Source: Liolophura sinensis (Eukaryota). From it: a DNA stretch of 64,000 nt. Each line of letters starts with the position of its first letter. Position 1 is the first letter of the stretch. Made by a program: the position numbers and the translations under genes. The stretch covers positions 60,534,969 through 60,598,968 of the forward strand of contig NC_088300.1 in the NCBI RefSeq assembly GCF_032854445.1, read 5' to 3'. Below, in pieces: positions 52,093 to 64,000 of this stretch. The notes below the pieces were generated by a model. That model made no database searches. It worked only from the letters and a program-made list of their open reading frames with translations, and had not been told where the DNA came from.

Positions 52093-52957
52093 AAACACAA
52101 TATCTGCAATATTCTACATTTTAAATTTTAATTAAATTTGATTTGCTCAATTATGGTTTACATTTGGCAGCATTAATCTACTGGCCACATACACTAAGAG
52201 AGGAGCTTGCAACCATGTGTACTCCATGTAACATGTTACTCAATGAACATCTTGGCTAGATAAAATAACATAATATACTGCATTTCACCGGAAGGTAAGT
52301 AAAACCAAACGTTCAGAAAAACACAAAAGCCTTAATATGATAATTTTGATGCCAACACACAAGTTTTGATAACAAATTAATCAAAGAACTCTTGAGTGGC
52401 CATATCAGTTGGATGCATCAAACAGAATCTAGCAAAATGTGTCATTTAAAAATGGCTAAACTTTAGGTAAAATACAGTAGTACATATCAAATATTCAGAA
52501 AATAGTATACATACAGTTAATCAGCATCTATGGCAATAATCAATAAAAATTACATATTTATTTATTTCATTAGTGCAACTTTTAATCTGAATATTTCTCT
52601 TAAAAGACAACGGTCAGGATTATGGTGGTTGGGCAATTGTAGCTTGCTGTTGTGGATAACTACCCACATGTATCACGCCAGATTTACCTTGGTTGGGATA
52701 TGAGCTTGAGGATAAATTAATACATTTCTGAATGGTTTACATCACACACATGTAATCTAAATACCTGTGATTTGTTTTTCTAGTACTGAAATGTTCACGT
52801 ATACTTTTTGGGTTTCATACTTGAGATTTTAAACAGAAACCCGATGTGTATAAGTTTACATTCAACAGCATAAGCATGCATATGTGATGTTATAGAACAC
52901 TGTAAACAAGCAGTGTATCTCTGGAATTTAGATACATGTAAAAAGCTAAACGTACTA

Positions 52958-53176
52958 CTGTAATTCTTCAACCTTTTCACATGTTTGCAAGGTGTGTATT
53001 CAGGCATATTCTGAAGGCATTACTCTGTGCTGACTAGCAAAATTATACTTCTTGTGAAGCCCTTAATTAATTGACCAATTCAGCCAATGTAGTTTTGTCT
53101 TCAAAATCAACTTGAAAATGTGCATAAATTTCACTGAATGTTGCTCTTTCATAGGTGAAAAGGTTGACTACTTAGG
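52958..53176 (-). mobile_element. Repeat family C copy
   Basis: Reverse-complement copy: ctgtaattcttcaaccttttcacatgtttgcaaggtgtgtattcaggcatattctgaaggcattactctgtg...ccaatgtagttttgtcttcaaaatcaa...ggttgactacttagg. Confidence 0.75.
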
Positions 53177-56100
53177 GTAAATATGCCAAACACTACAGTA
53201 CATGTATCTAAAATTCACATCTGACATGGCTCTGACCTGCCTATTTATAACTACTCCAAGTTCTTGAGATACAGCAGCCACATCGACCTTAAAATCTGAC
53301 GGACAAGATCGAATGGTGCTGTCTAGAAAAAAAATTGTTTCCAAAACTCCAGGTCAAGTTAACAAGTTGGAAGCCGGTTCATAGCAGCTTTGTAGTGCCA
53401 TTTAGTTTTCTGTTTCTTTTGGGTCAGTGGTTCGGCATGTTCAAATAGTCAGCCTTGTGGTGCCAGTGCTTGTACAGGATTCTACAGGATAAAGTTCTCT
53501 GCCAAACTCCTCTACTGCTGTGCCCGCCATCACTGCACAACGGTTCTGTTCTGCAAGGGATATATGCATGTAAATTCCATGTTCAATATGGCAGTCGACC
53601 AAACAGTAAAATTAAGGTCATTTTACTTGTTGTTGGCCCTTCCCATCAGTACAAACTACATTATTATATTATATATATTTCTGATTCTGTACATGTATAT
53701 GCATAACATATTTTTAATACTAATATTAAATACCATAATACTAATATTTCAAATTAGGTGGTACTTATGTCCCTGGATTTGCATTAATTATATCAACAAA
53801 TGAAGGCTTATTCTTGAAAACTTTCCCCAAAAAGATAACTCAAGTACTTATAGGCATACTGCTCTACTCAGGTAAAGAACAACATTTAAAGGGAAATCTT
53901 GGGTATTGTACTATAAATCTTCCACCTTTACAACTGCTGAAGCACCTTCTTTCAAGCAGAAACTATGCATACAGTTATTACGAAAATGATTATGAAATGA
54001 TTTGTTACGTATCATTAAAGATGTGTCTATAAAACTGTGTTGTTGTTTATTTATCACGCAAATTTTTAAGGCAGATACAGAAGTGTCCATGAACAGTGAT
54101 TACAGAACCCGATATTTATATCTAGATCTTCTATATTGAACTACTTTCTTTATATGGTATACATGTACATTTACCAGAACTTGATTGTATGATTACAGGA
54201 TTCTACAAATATATTTTATATTTTTGGATATACTTTGTTTGCTTTTGACTCACCAGAGATGAATTATCTTCATGACATACCACATACAATATAATTCTCT
54301 CTATCAAGAGGGTACAGCCTGTTCACAGGCTTTAGACATGTATGTATGTATGTATGTAGGTGAAAGAAACAGGCCTAAAGGTGTGTGTAATATACACGAT
54401 CACAGTCAAAGTGAACAAAGTACTGTCACAATTCTTAAACACCTGTCATAAGCTAATAACATGCACATGGAAGTATGTGATTAAAAACAGAAACATAATA
54501 GCTCTGATTATGCATAATTTAGACTATATTATTAAAATATTATATGTAATTTTGTTTTCTTTTTTGAATTTTTGAAATATATATCATGCTGCAGTCTGGG
54601 TCATGTATATGAATAGTGTGAGTTTGAGAACATTCATCTTTTAATAAGGAACATGCCAACAAAACACAGTACCCTGGGTTTAATACCTCCTCTTTTTTAA
54701 AAAAAATTAAATACATGAATGTATAGATGCATGTATGTTTATAAGACATGTTTGAACGAAAAAATTTTTAAAAAAAAAACCTTCACATATTACGAGAAAA
54801 GATACACCAGCGCTTTCTTTACCACCTAAATCAATTTTCACTTGAACAAGACGCTTTTCCAGTTTCAACAACATACATGATGTACATGTCCAATATGCTA
54901 AATGAATCAAACATTTACCACAGAAAGGTTTTTAATCTTTTTTTAGATGTATAATTTAAACTTTATACTTTTAGTCAGTTATGCATCAAGCCCACATCCT
55001 GTTACTGCAGTGCATGTGTAAGAGATTCATTCACCTCTACATCTACATATACATAGGTGCAAACAGATCAGCTACAAACTGTTTCTTACACAGGCAATTT
55101 TAAAGTGGCAAGGCCATCGGTCGACTACCCAGGACAAAAGGCGAGGGTCCAGGATGCCCCGAAAGGTTTGGGGTATTAAACGCCTGGAAATGGCCATGGC
55201 CATACCGGCCGTCCTGTTAAATGACCTTTCATAATTGCATGCCCATAATCACCTACAACACTTTATCAACTAACATATACAATTGGAACATATGCACCAC
55301 AGTTAAATGGGTACAGATTTGCGGCTCGCTTTGAATTATATGCTCGGTTACTCCAGTAATTTGGTTCACTAGAGTATTAATGTGTGTATTGGACAAAAGC
55401 TCTCTTGATCAGCGGAATATAACTGCTCTAGACACACAAAGGCCGGAGGACAGTGGATAGACAAGAGACCAAACGAGGTGCCCAATAAGAATGATAGGTT
55501 AAGACATAAATGGCCAGATTCTGTTGACAGCTTTTAACGTTAAAAGGTTCTGTCTGAGGGCCAAAATACTCCAGAGCTGCAGACAGTCTGCCACAACCTG
55601 AAGCAAGGGTCTGATTCTTGAAACAGGTGAGCTTATTGATTCTGTAAATAAGCCTGTCAGATCGCACAGAAATGGAGAAATTGATGACAGGACACATGGA
55701 GAGAATCACCATAACCCAACTCTGATAATCTCTATAGCTCTAGGTCTTCCCAAGAATCGAGCCTGTATACTAGCTGTAATACTACAATAGGCGATATGAA
55801 TGTATCCTTGGGTGGAAATGCACGCCCTATACACGTCTACTGAGAGAAGGCATGTGGTACATGTCAATCAGATTAATTAACGGTCCACACAATAACAACA
55901 CTGCCATGGTATAACTGTACAAGACGCCTCCATTTGAAAGATTTAATTAATAGGGGTGGAGTGCAGGTGTGGATGTGGGTGATTGATGTGGAGGAATATA
56001 GAGAGCTAGGGGCCAGGTTATTTCATTTACACATTCATATAAACATATTCAGGGCAACAATCATATATCTTCAGACTAAAAATTGTACAATATTCCATTT

Positions 56101-58195
56101 TCCAACTTTAGTCAAGATTTTGAATGGTAAGGCAGTATGCACAGCCAAGGCTGATATTTTGTGAAAGGTTATCATTAGGGGGTATTCTAAAATGATACAA
56201 AATAGAAAAAATCAATTGGATTTGCACTGATTGATTTTTTGCCAAACCTGTGGTATAGCCTCCTTAAGTTGTGCACAGGCAAACAGACCTGGATTTGAAC
56301 ACGTGACCTCAATGGTCAACAGCCCAACTATCTCAACCAGCCAGTGTTCAATCAATCTGTCTGAGGTAGCTAGGGCAGACAACATCATACATCTACACAT
56401 ACATGTACGTGAATATATTCTGTAAATTGGGTTATCTTCCCACAAAAAACATGGAAATAAACCTGATAAGATAATTAATTTATAAATTAATATAAATTCA
56501 TTATCAAGACAACAGAGAAGCTCGCATCTATGTCTGATTTCTAGGTACTGAATACATGTAGTCTCCAAATGTACATGTATGTCACTTGGAGATAGCACAA
56601 GTCTAGGCCTAGCCTGTACTGTTCATAAGCCCTACCAACTCGCTATCCTTCAAACTGGCAGAAGATGAGATTGCACTGAAGCACTCACAGTGCACCATTA
56701 AAGTTACACTCAGAGTGTTTCTAAATGTTTCCACATATTGCTTGGTCGTGGGCCTACATTGCTAGAAGGAAACCTAAAGATAAACATCAAAACTTGTTAT
56801 CAATGTTTTCCTGTCTACGGCCATTTTTGAAATCGTTTTGACATTGCTACCTCTACTCCCAGAAACAACAGAATTCTATCTCCCAGGAACAAATGGCTCT
56901 GATACACTGCACAACTTACTGTGCGATCTCACCTTCTGCCAACTGAGAATAGCAAGTTTAACAGCGGGGCTAAACTGTTAAGGTTGGCCCTAGAATTATG
57001 CTACATGTAGTTTAGAGAAAGCTCGCAGTAAACATGACACTATCCCATATCTGACAAAATACGTACATCAGGAATAAAGTCACAAGTGCTGCTCTAATTC
57101 TTCCTGTTTCTCTATATACCCACTATATGTTGTAATTAAGGCACGACATAGATGTTATTGTATACATTAATATGACCCACAATGGCATGACAATGGACTG
57201 GAAATTACCACCAGGTCAACAGCAAATTTATACTGCATGTGCAGGCTATGTCTGCCATCACACACAATACATGTGTTCAAAATATTTACCCATCCCACAT
57301 ATTGAAGAATGTTTGTTTAAATTTTGTACATAATATCACCACATTCCATCTTAAACAGAAAATCTGTTGAATAATAATTCACAAAAGCTAGAAAATTTAT
57401 GGTGAAAAGTTACACATTTACACACACCAATTTTTTTTGTAATCTGATTTTTTAAAAACTAATGTTCAGTTTACAGACACATCGATGCACTTACCCTCAA
57501 GGCCAAAGAAACTTCATCAATTAATGTTGTCTTTCTAAAAACCATCATCAGCTGCATGCAAATGTAGGATGTAAATGTAACTTATCCCATAATATACAGG
57601 TCCCATGTTCACATTATATTGATTATCACATGAGTAATGAATGTTAACATTTAAGTGTACTCAGGTCAGCTACATGTAAATATGCCTGAACCTTCTATTT
57701 CTAGATGATAGCCATTGGCCGAGTGGCCTAGACACCTGGAAAATATAGCTGCTACAGACTGGGGTTACTCAAGTCCGATACCCTATTAGCACATTTAACT
57801 CCGGACATGCTGGAATCTGAAGCCTAGAGGTATGTACAGTATGTGTATACCCAGAACAAAAACAACACCCACGCCTTGGCATATATATGTGTGTTAATTG
57901 AACTGTAATAGCTATTTAAAACTGTTTTGTATGGCTGTAGTACAAGGATGTAATCACACAAAACACTGTGCCATACCCAATTTTACAATTAACCTTCATC
58001 CCCACTGTAGCTTTATACATGGGAGCTTATGGAAGTTGAAAAGCACAGGCTTGATTAGTCAACTTCCAAGGTTCACAAAAGATATAACCCAGCTTAAAAG
58101 ATAAGATAAAATTATACCTGCAAATTGTTTTTTTCTTGGAATGATATCAATATGCCATATGGTCGGGCTGCTCCCAACAAATGGTCTGATTAACC

Positions 58196-58320
58196 TAATT
58201 CCTCAATCTTTTTGCATGTGAATGTGCAACTTTCAGTGCAATTTATGCTCATTTTTAATCTGATTTTGGAGACAAAACTACTTTTTTTGGATTGGTCAAC
58301 CAAGGTTGAAGAATTCAAGG
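58196..58320 (+). mobile_element. Repeat family C copy (3'-truncated)
   Basis: Sequence ctaattcctcaatctttttgcatgtgaatgtgcaactttcagtgcaatttatgctcatttttaatctgattttggagacaaaactac. Confidence 0.7.
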
Positions 58321-59905
58321 TTAAACAGATTTTCACTGACCAAGTACTTAAAAAAAGCTTCAGTAAAACCAGGGAAACTTCAATGTAAATGCTGAAGAAT
58401 TATAGCAAGACTCCTTACTTATTCCAAATAAAAGTCATACAACATGACAAATGTCGTTACATTAAGGGTATACAACTGTATGTATGACCTAGTAAAGTAG
58501 TGAACACAAGTTTTTCCGGTAAATTCTTCATTGTCTGAGATGTTTTGACTCTCTACAGAGAAACAGCTCTTGCATTTCATATGTGGAAGTAATATAGTCT
58601 TTTTAATATTATTTTCATATACAGTGTATACCTCTCAAAACTATTATATATATATATACACGAATATCATAAAATGAATACATACACTTAAATTATATAA
58701 TTTACATGTTATATTCACTTCTAATACATGTGTGTATATATAAACTGCTTTTTGTTTTACCTTAACTTTTTAAACCAAACAGAAATAAGAGAGCTGCCTT
58801 ATCATTACATGGAGGTCAACATCCTGTTGACGGCCCTTCCATTTATCCATCTTAAACTAAATTCAGATACCAATACATGAATATATCATGTATTCAATGT
58901 TACATCTGAGATCTTGAAGTCAATTATTATGAGAAGTAATAACTGTATGCTTGACAATTAGAACCTGGAATTATAACACTACTAAAATGGCTAATAAAAT
59001 GTCTTAAGTTTTCTAACAGAACTATATGCGCAATAAAAAATCTGAATGTTAGAGAAACATAGTTTGTTATTTTACAATGAATACATAAAACACATAGGTC
59101 TATATTTATAAATGCTATGCAAAAGATTCACCTCATTGTTGTAACCAAGGAAATTAGGTGCAGTATAACTCAGGCGATATGCTTGGCTGTCTGTGCTACA
59201 GTCTCAAGCACATATACATAATGTTTTATACAATTTAAAATTGATTACTTACTCTTGGTGTAAATTGTATGGGAATGTCACTTCTTCATTGGTCCCATTA
59301 TAATAATTTAATAATTTGAGAAAAAAGTCTCATAAGTGAAGTTGCCACAAAGGTTTACAATTCGAACAAAAAAAACACTGGATACACAATATAGTACAGC
59401 ATAGACTGCTCAAAACCCATGTAGGCCCGGGTAGCCATAATACTGTGAATTACAGTGTATATATGTATACACATTGTAAAAACATTTGAAATATGATACA
59501 TGTAATATATAGTAGGTCCATATATTAGACACATCGCTTTTGAAGTAAATGTTTTATTTTATCTATACTCAAGATATGCATATTTGTGTTGGTACAGTAT
59601 GTATAGGCCCTTATTTACTGAAGGACACAGGCCTGCAAAAACTGGTACATCTGTACATAACTATCAGTACATGTATAACACATGAGTTGTAACATACTGA
59701 TTTGTAACATACTATGTACTACACTACTACCACCATGGCTATTAACACATGCAGTGCCGGCATGCAAGCCGACTGACTGCCGAGTGAGAACAAATTTAAC
59801 ACACTAATCAAGCTTTACATTCATAAACTGTGTGTAACTGACCTATATCATATGACAATCCAAAAATTCGGTTCATGCGGAATCCTAATCAGATAATATA
59901 CTCAC

Positions 59906-60001
59906 GTCTTCGAATATAGAGCCCACATTGGCACTGATAAGCATCACTTTGGTTGTTCTGTGTTCCATGTCACCGCTTCTTCCAGCAACTCCTGCCTGCA
60001 T
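59906..60001 (-). CDS. INPP5A: INPP5A-like exon 1 (start codon at 59999-60001)
   Basis: Minus-strand translation MQAGVAGRSGDMEHRTTKVMLISANVGSIFED followed by a GTGAGT donor. Human INPP5A begins ...TAVLLVTANVGSLFDD|PE. This is the first in-frame ATG after an upstream TGA. Confidence 0.8.
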
Positions 60002-60905
60002 GAGTGAAATGTATTCCTCGCCAAACCATGGAATAATCCTCACACAGAAGTACTCGACCCCTCAGCTTTTCACTGCACGGATTACATCGCACTTAGGTTG
60101 TTCGCGGCAGTAAGTGCCATTTAAAAAACCACCATTGGTGTCAAAATCAGGGGATTTCTACCTCAGCATCGTTCACAACACAACTGACATTTCTCCTACC
60201 CAGATCGCCGCTGTGGTCCTACGTCATCAGTTTGTGTGCTCTGCAGTACAGCTGGATTTTTAGTGCCAGGGTAACTGCAGCGTTATTAATGGATACGCAG
60301 GTGTTCGTCCTAGAACAGACCCACAAAGTTGGACAAAACTGTTTGTTGTACCAGAAAAAGATAGAATTTATATAATGGTGTCAAATTTCCACATGAACAA
60401 ATGATTCTGGAAAACTGTTTTAAATAAACAGGTATTTAAATGAACGCGTTGTACACTGGGCATGTTGAAATGATCACATTTACTTTTTACATCAAAATTC
60501 ACTTGATTATTTCTATAATTTTATAATGACATAATATTTACTATTACTATTTTTATTTGGTGTTTTGGCACTTTTCAAGAATAAAATTCTGTGCTGTTTT
60601 CACACATTAAGAAGAATATGAAACGTCAACAAATAAATCTGCAAAAGATACCTTAAATGAGGCGTTATTAATATTTATTGTCTTAACATCAAATTGTTTC
60701 ATTCACAGCATGTTTATAATGCAAGTTCTCGGGCTTGTCCACACGCTTGGTCCGAGCTACAAGTGTGGCAACGCACGCTGTCACTGCTTGTGCTTTCCAT
60801 TGGTCAAACTCAGCAGGTGACCTTTCGTGACCTCGTCGTTTGCGTGGAGATCGTAAAACAAATGTCGAAAACACTGTCAAGAACTGCTACAGTTTTCAAA
60901 TTTTG
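60002..60905. promoter_or_regulatory. Putative bidirectional promoter / 5'UTR region between the divergent INPP5A-like (-) and DUF4062/NWD-like (+) start codons
   Basis: The two start codons are about 900 bp apart in head-to-head orientation. Sub-segments 60100-60310 and 60700-60850 are CpG-containing and GC-richer than the otherwise CpG-poor, AT-rich surroundings. Confidence 0.4.
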
Positions 60906-61005
60906 ATGACCATGGGTGACAAAACAATGTTCGAGGGTAGCCTTGACAGTCTACCCGAGCAAGAGTCTTTGGTCGTTCGGGTGTTTCTAAGTTCAACTTT
61001 CACTG
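60906..61005 (+). CDS. NWD1/NWD2-like (DUF4062 N-terminal module) exon 1, with start codon
   Basis: Kozak-like context gaccATGg. Translation MTMGDKTMFEGSLDSLPEQESLVVRVFLSSTFT followed by a GTAAAA donor in phase 1. (V/I)F(L/I)SSTFTD is the DUF4062 signature that opens NWD-type STAND proteins. Confidence 0.75.
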
Positions 61006-61574
61006 GTAAAATACAAAAGTTTAGTTCTCAACTTACTAGTGCAGCAACAACAACACTTTTAGTTGATTCTCGATATCAGAGTTTGAATTTAGCATTGGCT
61101 TCCATTGTACTTGGGATTAAGATAGACGTGTGTCTTAATCTCAGATTATACCAACCCCACGCTGTCCTGACTTTCATGATCTAACATAGCAATACTTGTG
61201 TCAGTGCACTGACATATGATCAGTAGCGTTATTGTGATCATAGTATATATTACGCCCTCGTAGTGATATGATTCACTTTTTTTTTAACCGCCACCCCCCC
61301 ACCCCCCCCCACGCGCCTCTCCCAACACAAAATACAGTCTTCCTATTAAAACATTGTTATGAATAGTCAGAAAACATAGTATGACATATAGAATGTGTTA
61401 ATATATGGACCTTATAAATGAAGAAAAACATCTTATATTAGGTAAGCTATGTATTGAACATGAGAAAACATTATCACTGAGCTGCATGTAAAGGTTTAAT
61501 ATTGGGAAGGCATTTACCTGCACTTTTGTCAGAATTTTAAATTTGTATTCTTGTGTTGTTTTGCTATCAAGGCA

Positions 61575-61885
61575 GTAGATCCAGTGTCAGTCCTGTGTCG
61601 GGTCACACCTAAGACCTTAAAAGTTGTATCTTCCTTGCTTGGCGTTCAGCATAGAGGGGATAGTGCAATGACTGGTTGGTCCACATCAGTGTAATGGCTC
61701 GGATGGGGCACCTTACTTGCATTCGATAAGTCATCTCAGTGAAGCAGCAGTAGATAAAAGAGCGGTGAAAATGCGTTCGGCAACAAGGAGGCACATTGCA
61801 CGCACACTAAGGACTCTTTTGTTGTCATATGACTGAAAAATTGTTTTGTACAAAGTTAAACCCCAAGCACTCAGTTGCACTATCA
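61575..61885 (+). mobile_element. SINE-B (B1) copy in intron 1 of the NWD-like gene
   Basis: Reverse-complement copy of the 11113-11455 family. It ends ...gtcatatgactgaaaaattgttttgtacaaagttaaaccccaagcactcag. Confidence 0.8.
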
Positions 61886-62155
61886 ACATTAATGCACTAT
61901 GATGCATACAACCTTAGGGAACATATAATACCACAATTGTTACTAATGAATATGTTCTCAAGTTCAGATACATTTTGTAAGTGAGTGTGTAATATGAGTA
62001 ACAATTTTTCAGGTGTGTCTTTATATACTACTTGTAAATTATCAAGTCTTCATTTATATGCTGTTAAATGCTTATGCATGTATAGTCAGTACAAAATGCC
62101 TGTACTGTTGTGGTGAAGTGGGTCATTTTGTAATTGATCACTTTTGTGATTTCAG

Positions 62156-62241
62156 ATATGTCATCAGAGAGAAATGAAATAATGAAAATAGCTGTTCCAG
62201 AGTTAAGGAGCTTTTGCAGAGAGAAGGGCCTAGAGTTTGAG
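62156..62241 (+). CDS. NWD1/NWD2-like exon 2
   Basis: Acceptor ttttgtgatttcag and donor GTTTGT. G+AT gives D, then MSSERNEIMKIAVPELRSFCREKGLEFE. Together with exon 1 this reads SSTFTDMSSERNEIMK...PEL..FC..KGLEFE, which is DUF4062. Confidence 0.8.
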
Positions 62242-62394
62242 GTTTGTTTGAAAAGAAAATCACACACCGGTAGTGGCAAATGGAAAAAATCTGCTGTATT
62301 TATTCTACATGACAGTGAACACAGACTGTATTGTTAGTATAGAATCAGGCTTTCTTTTTGAAATGTAATAGCCTTCATATTGATATTGATACTA

Positions 62395-62500
62395 ATGTTT
62401 GTTCCAGCAGCCTACTTGGTTACCTCCCACCGTAATGCTGGCCATCGTCGTATAAGTGAAATATTCTTGAGTACGGCGTAAAACACCAAACAAATAAATA
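62395..62500 (+). mobile_element. SINE-A copy, 5'-truncated, in intron 2 of the NWD-like gene
   Basis: Sequence ggttacctcccaccgtaatgctggccatcgtcgtataagtgaaatattcttgagtacggcgtaaaacaccaaacaaataaataaataa. Confidence 0.8.
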
Positions 62501-62907
62501 AATAATTAAACACCTATATTTCCAGATTTCTTCAGAGACTTCAGATATATGCTTTGTTTATATATAAATGGCTGGAGGATTATTATCACTGATTTTCAAC
62601 ATGTAATCTACTGACCACTCTAAGTATTTAATGCAAACTTTTCATTTCTAACTTCAATGAGAATGAATATCAGTATATCAAAAGTGTAATTTTCTACATT
62701 ACAGCTTAATAGGATTATGAGCAGAAATCAGGTTTATCACGAAAGCGTCGCTTTCAGACCTTTAAGCTTACAAACAATGGTAATGCACGTAAGGTACATG
62801 CATAACACAATGAAAGCTGAAAGTGCCTCATTAAAAAAAGCAAACTTAGTTGAAATGAAGTCTTTATATTCCTGTATGTCACTCAGTGCATGTATTTGCT
62901 ATTCCAG

Positions 62908-63028
62908 ATTTGCGACATGAGATGGGGTGTGAGAGATGATGCATCCATCAGCCATTCCACATCAGATATTTGTCTCAATGAGTTAAAAAACTGCCAGAGG
63001 ATATCCAGAGGACCTAACTTTGTGGCAT
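62908..63028 (+). CDS. NWD1/NWD2-like exon 3. Donor ambiguous: GT at 63029 or GC at 63026.
   Basis: Acceptor tgtatttgctattccag. Translation ICDMRWGVRDDASISHSTSDICLNELKNCQRISRGPNFVA. The conserved block is (V/I)DMRWG(V/I)RD...ELCL.E...C...S.GPNFVA. Both candidate donors leave phase 1, matching exon 4. Confidence 0.7.
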
Positions 63029-63520
63029 GTGTTACTATGTCGATGTATTTCAGTGAATCACACATGGAATACTGTTATTAAAAAGCCTTCACAGTACAGC
63101 AGTGTTCGCTGTCAATTTCTAACCTTTTCAGTTAAATCCAAATAGTTGATTGACTCTACATGAACATATGTTTAAAAGATGAAATAAATTAACACTACAA
63201 AATACTGTCATGTTTTTTGTGTGGTAGACTTAAATGGACCATGAATTTGTTAATATGAAGCAGAATGCTGTAAGCAACAAGATGATAAACATTTTAAAGA
63301 TTGGAAGCACATATTGTAATGTACATGTAGGTGTTTCATGAAGATTTATTTGATGTCTATGTATTTTTCTTATATGTAAATTTCTTTTCTTGTCTTTTTT
63401 TTCTATTTTTTCTTATGTTGTGATGTATTTTAATATTGCATTCATGTTGGAAATTCTTTTGTTGATTTCTTGAATTCTCAATGTTTCATTCTTCTTGTAA
63501 TTGATTTAAGGCAATTTTAG

Positions 63521-63747
63521 GTGATAAGTACGGGTATTGTCCATATCCAGCCAAACTGCTTGAGAAGGAGTTTGTCAAACTGCGTGACATCATAGCTGAA
63601 CAGAGTGATTCTGACCTCCGTCTCATTGAGAAGTGGTTTAAAAAAGACACCAATTGTACTCCACCTATGTACATCCTCCAGCCAATCACTGATATTCTGC
63701 ATCACTATGACAATACAGATCCAGAAAATAAAGAGCTATTTGAAAAG
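63521..63747 (+). CDS. NWD1/NWD2-like exon 4. The gene continues beyond the window.
   Basis: Acceptor gcaattttag and donor GTATGA. Translation (C/G)DKYGYCPYPAKLLEKEFVKLRDIIAEQSDSDLRLIEKWFKKDTNCTPPMYILQPITDILHHYDNTDPENKELFEK. The .YGYxPxP ... W(F/Y)(K/R)(K/R)D.N..PP.Y.LQPIT pattern is typical of NWD1-like proteins. Confidence 0.75.
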
Positions 63748-63877
63748 GTATGAACAATTAGCAGAAGTTTGTTAGATTTTAACCTCTAACAAACATTTCT
63801 GTGTAGCTGTATGTCATTATGCTTTTGTATTCCATACATTCATCTTCATATACAATGACTGTATGATGGGAGGAAGT

Positions 63878-64000
63878 GGCCAAGGGAGTTAGCACGCCAG
63901 CGCAGCACAATGACCCAGGAGCGTCTCACCAGTGGGCTCATTGGGAGTTGAAGTCCAGCTCATGCTGGCTTCCTCTCCGGTTGTCTATGGAAAGGTCTGT
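63878..64000 (+). mobile_element. SINE-A 5' head (tRNA-like, B-box-like gagttgaagtcc), cut by the window end
   Basis: Sequence ggccaagggagttagcacgccagcgcagcacaatgacccaggagcgtctcaccagtgggctcattgggagttgaagtccagctcatgctggcttcctctccgg... continues into the family body. Confidence 0.7.

Larger units (their letters stand above)
8861..60001 (-). other. INPP5A: Gene span (coding part) of INPP5A-like type I inositol polyphosphate 5-phosphatase. Multi-exon and partly resolved.
   Basis: Collinear series of minus-strand exons with canonical splice sites and compatible phases. Their translations match successive conserved INPP5A segments from the N-terminus (ANVGS) to the C-terminal CaaX. Confidence 0.8.

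Overview
This is eukaryotic (metazoan) genomic DNA, not prokaryotic. It is AT-rich, has no long ORFs, and is full of SINEs, minisatellites and spliceosomal GT/AG-flanked exons. The repeat structure looks invertebrate or mollusc-like, but that attribution is low confidence. The supplied ORF track used TTG/GTG/CTG starts, and most ORFs of 60 aa or more are artefacts inside tandem repeats.

Two protein-coding genes are recognisable and lie head-to-head:
- Minus strand: a type I inositol polyphosphate 5-phosphatase (INPP5A-like). Its coding exons stretch from about 60.0 kb down to 8.86 kb. Eleven exons were located by conserved motifs plus splice-phase consistency. These include NVGS, QE..GGKNYEAS, P(S)WCDRVL and GDHK-PV, and the protein ends in a CaaX box CCIL. 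Several middle exons were not found.
- Plus strand: the first four coding exons (60906 to 63747) of a gene encoding a DUF4062-type N-terminal module, as found in NWD1/NWD2-like STAND (NACHT-WD) proteins. The gene continues past the window end.

Between the two start codons is a roughly 900 bp CpG-containing putative bidirectional promoter.

The INPP5A-like introns carry:
- a degenerate copia-like LTR retrotransposon (27634-30950);
- two tRNA-derived SINE families that share a roughly 45-bp 3' tail;
- a roughly 200-bp interspersed repeat family (7 copies);
- a TRIM-like direct-repeat pair;
- several minisatellites;
- a 1.1-kb satellite of 36-bp units that arose from an internal segment of one SINE copy.

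No CRISPR array, rRNA gene or bona fide tRNA gene was found. All homology statements rest on recall of family motifs, not on database searches.
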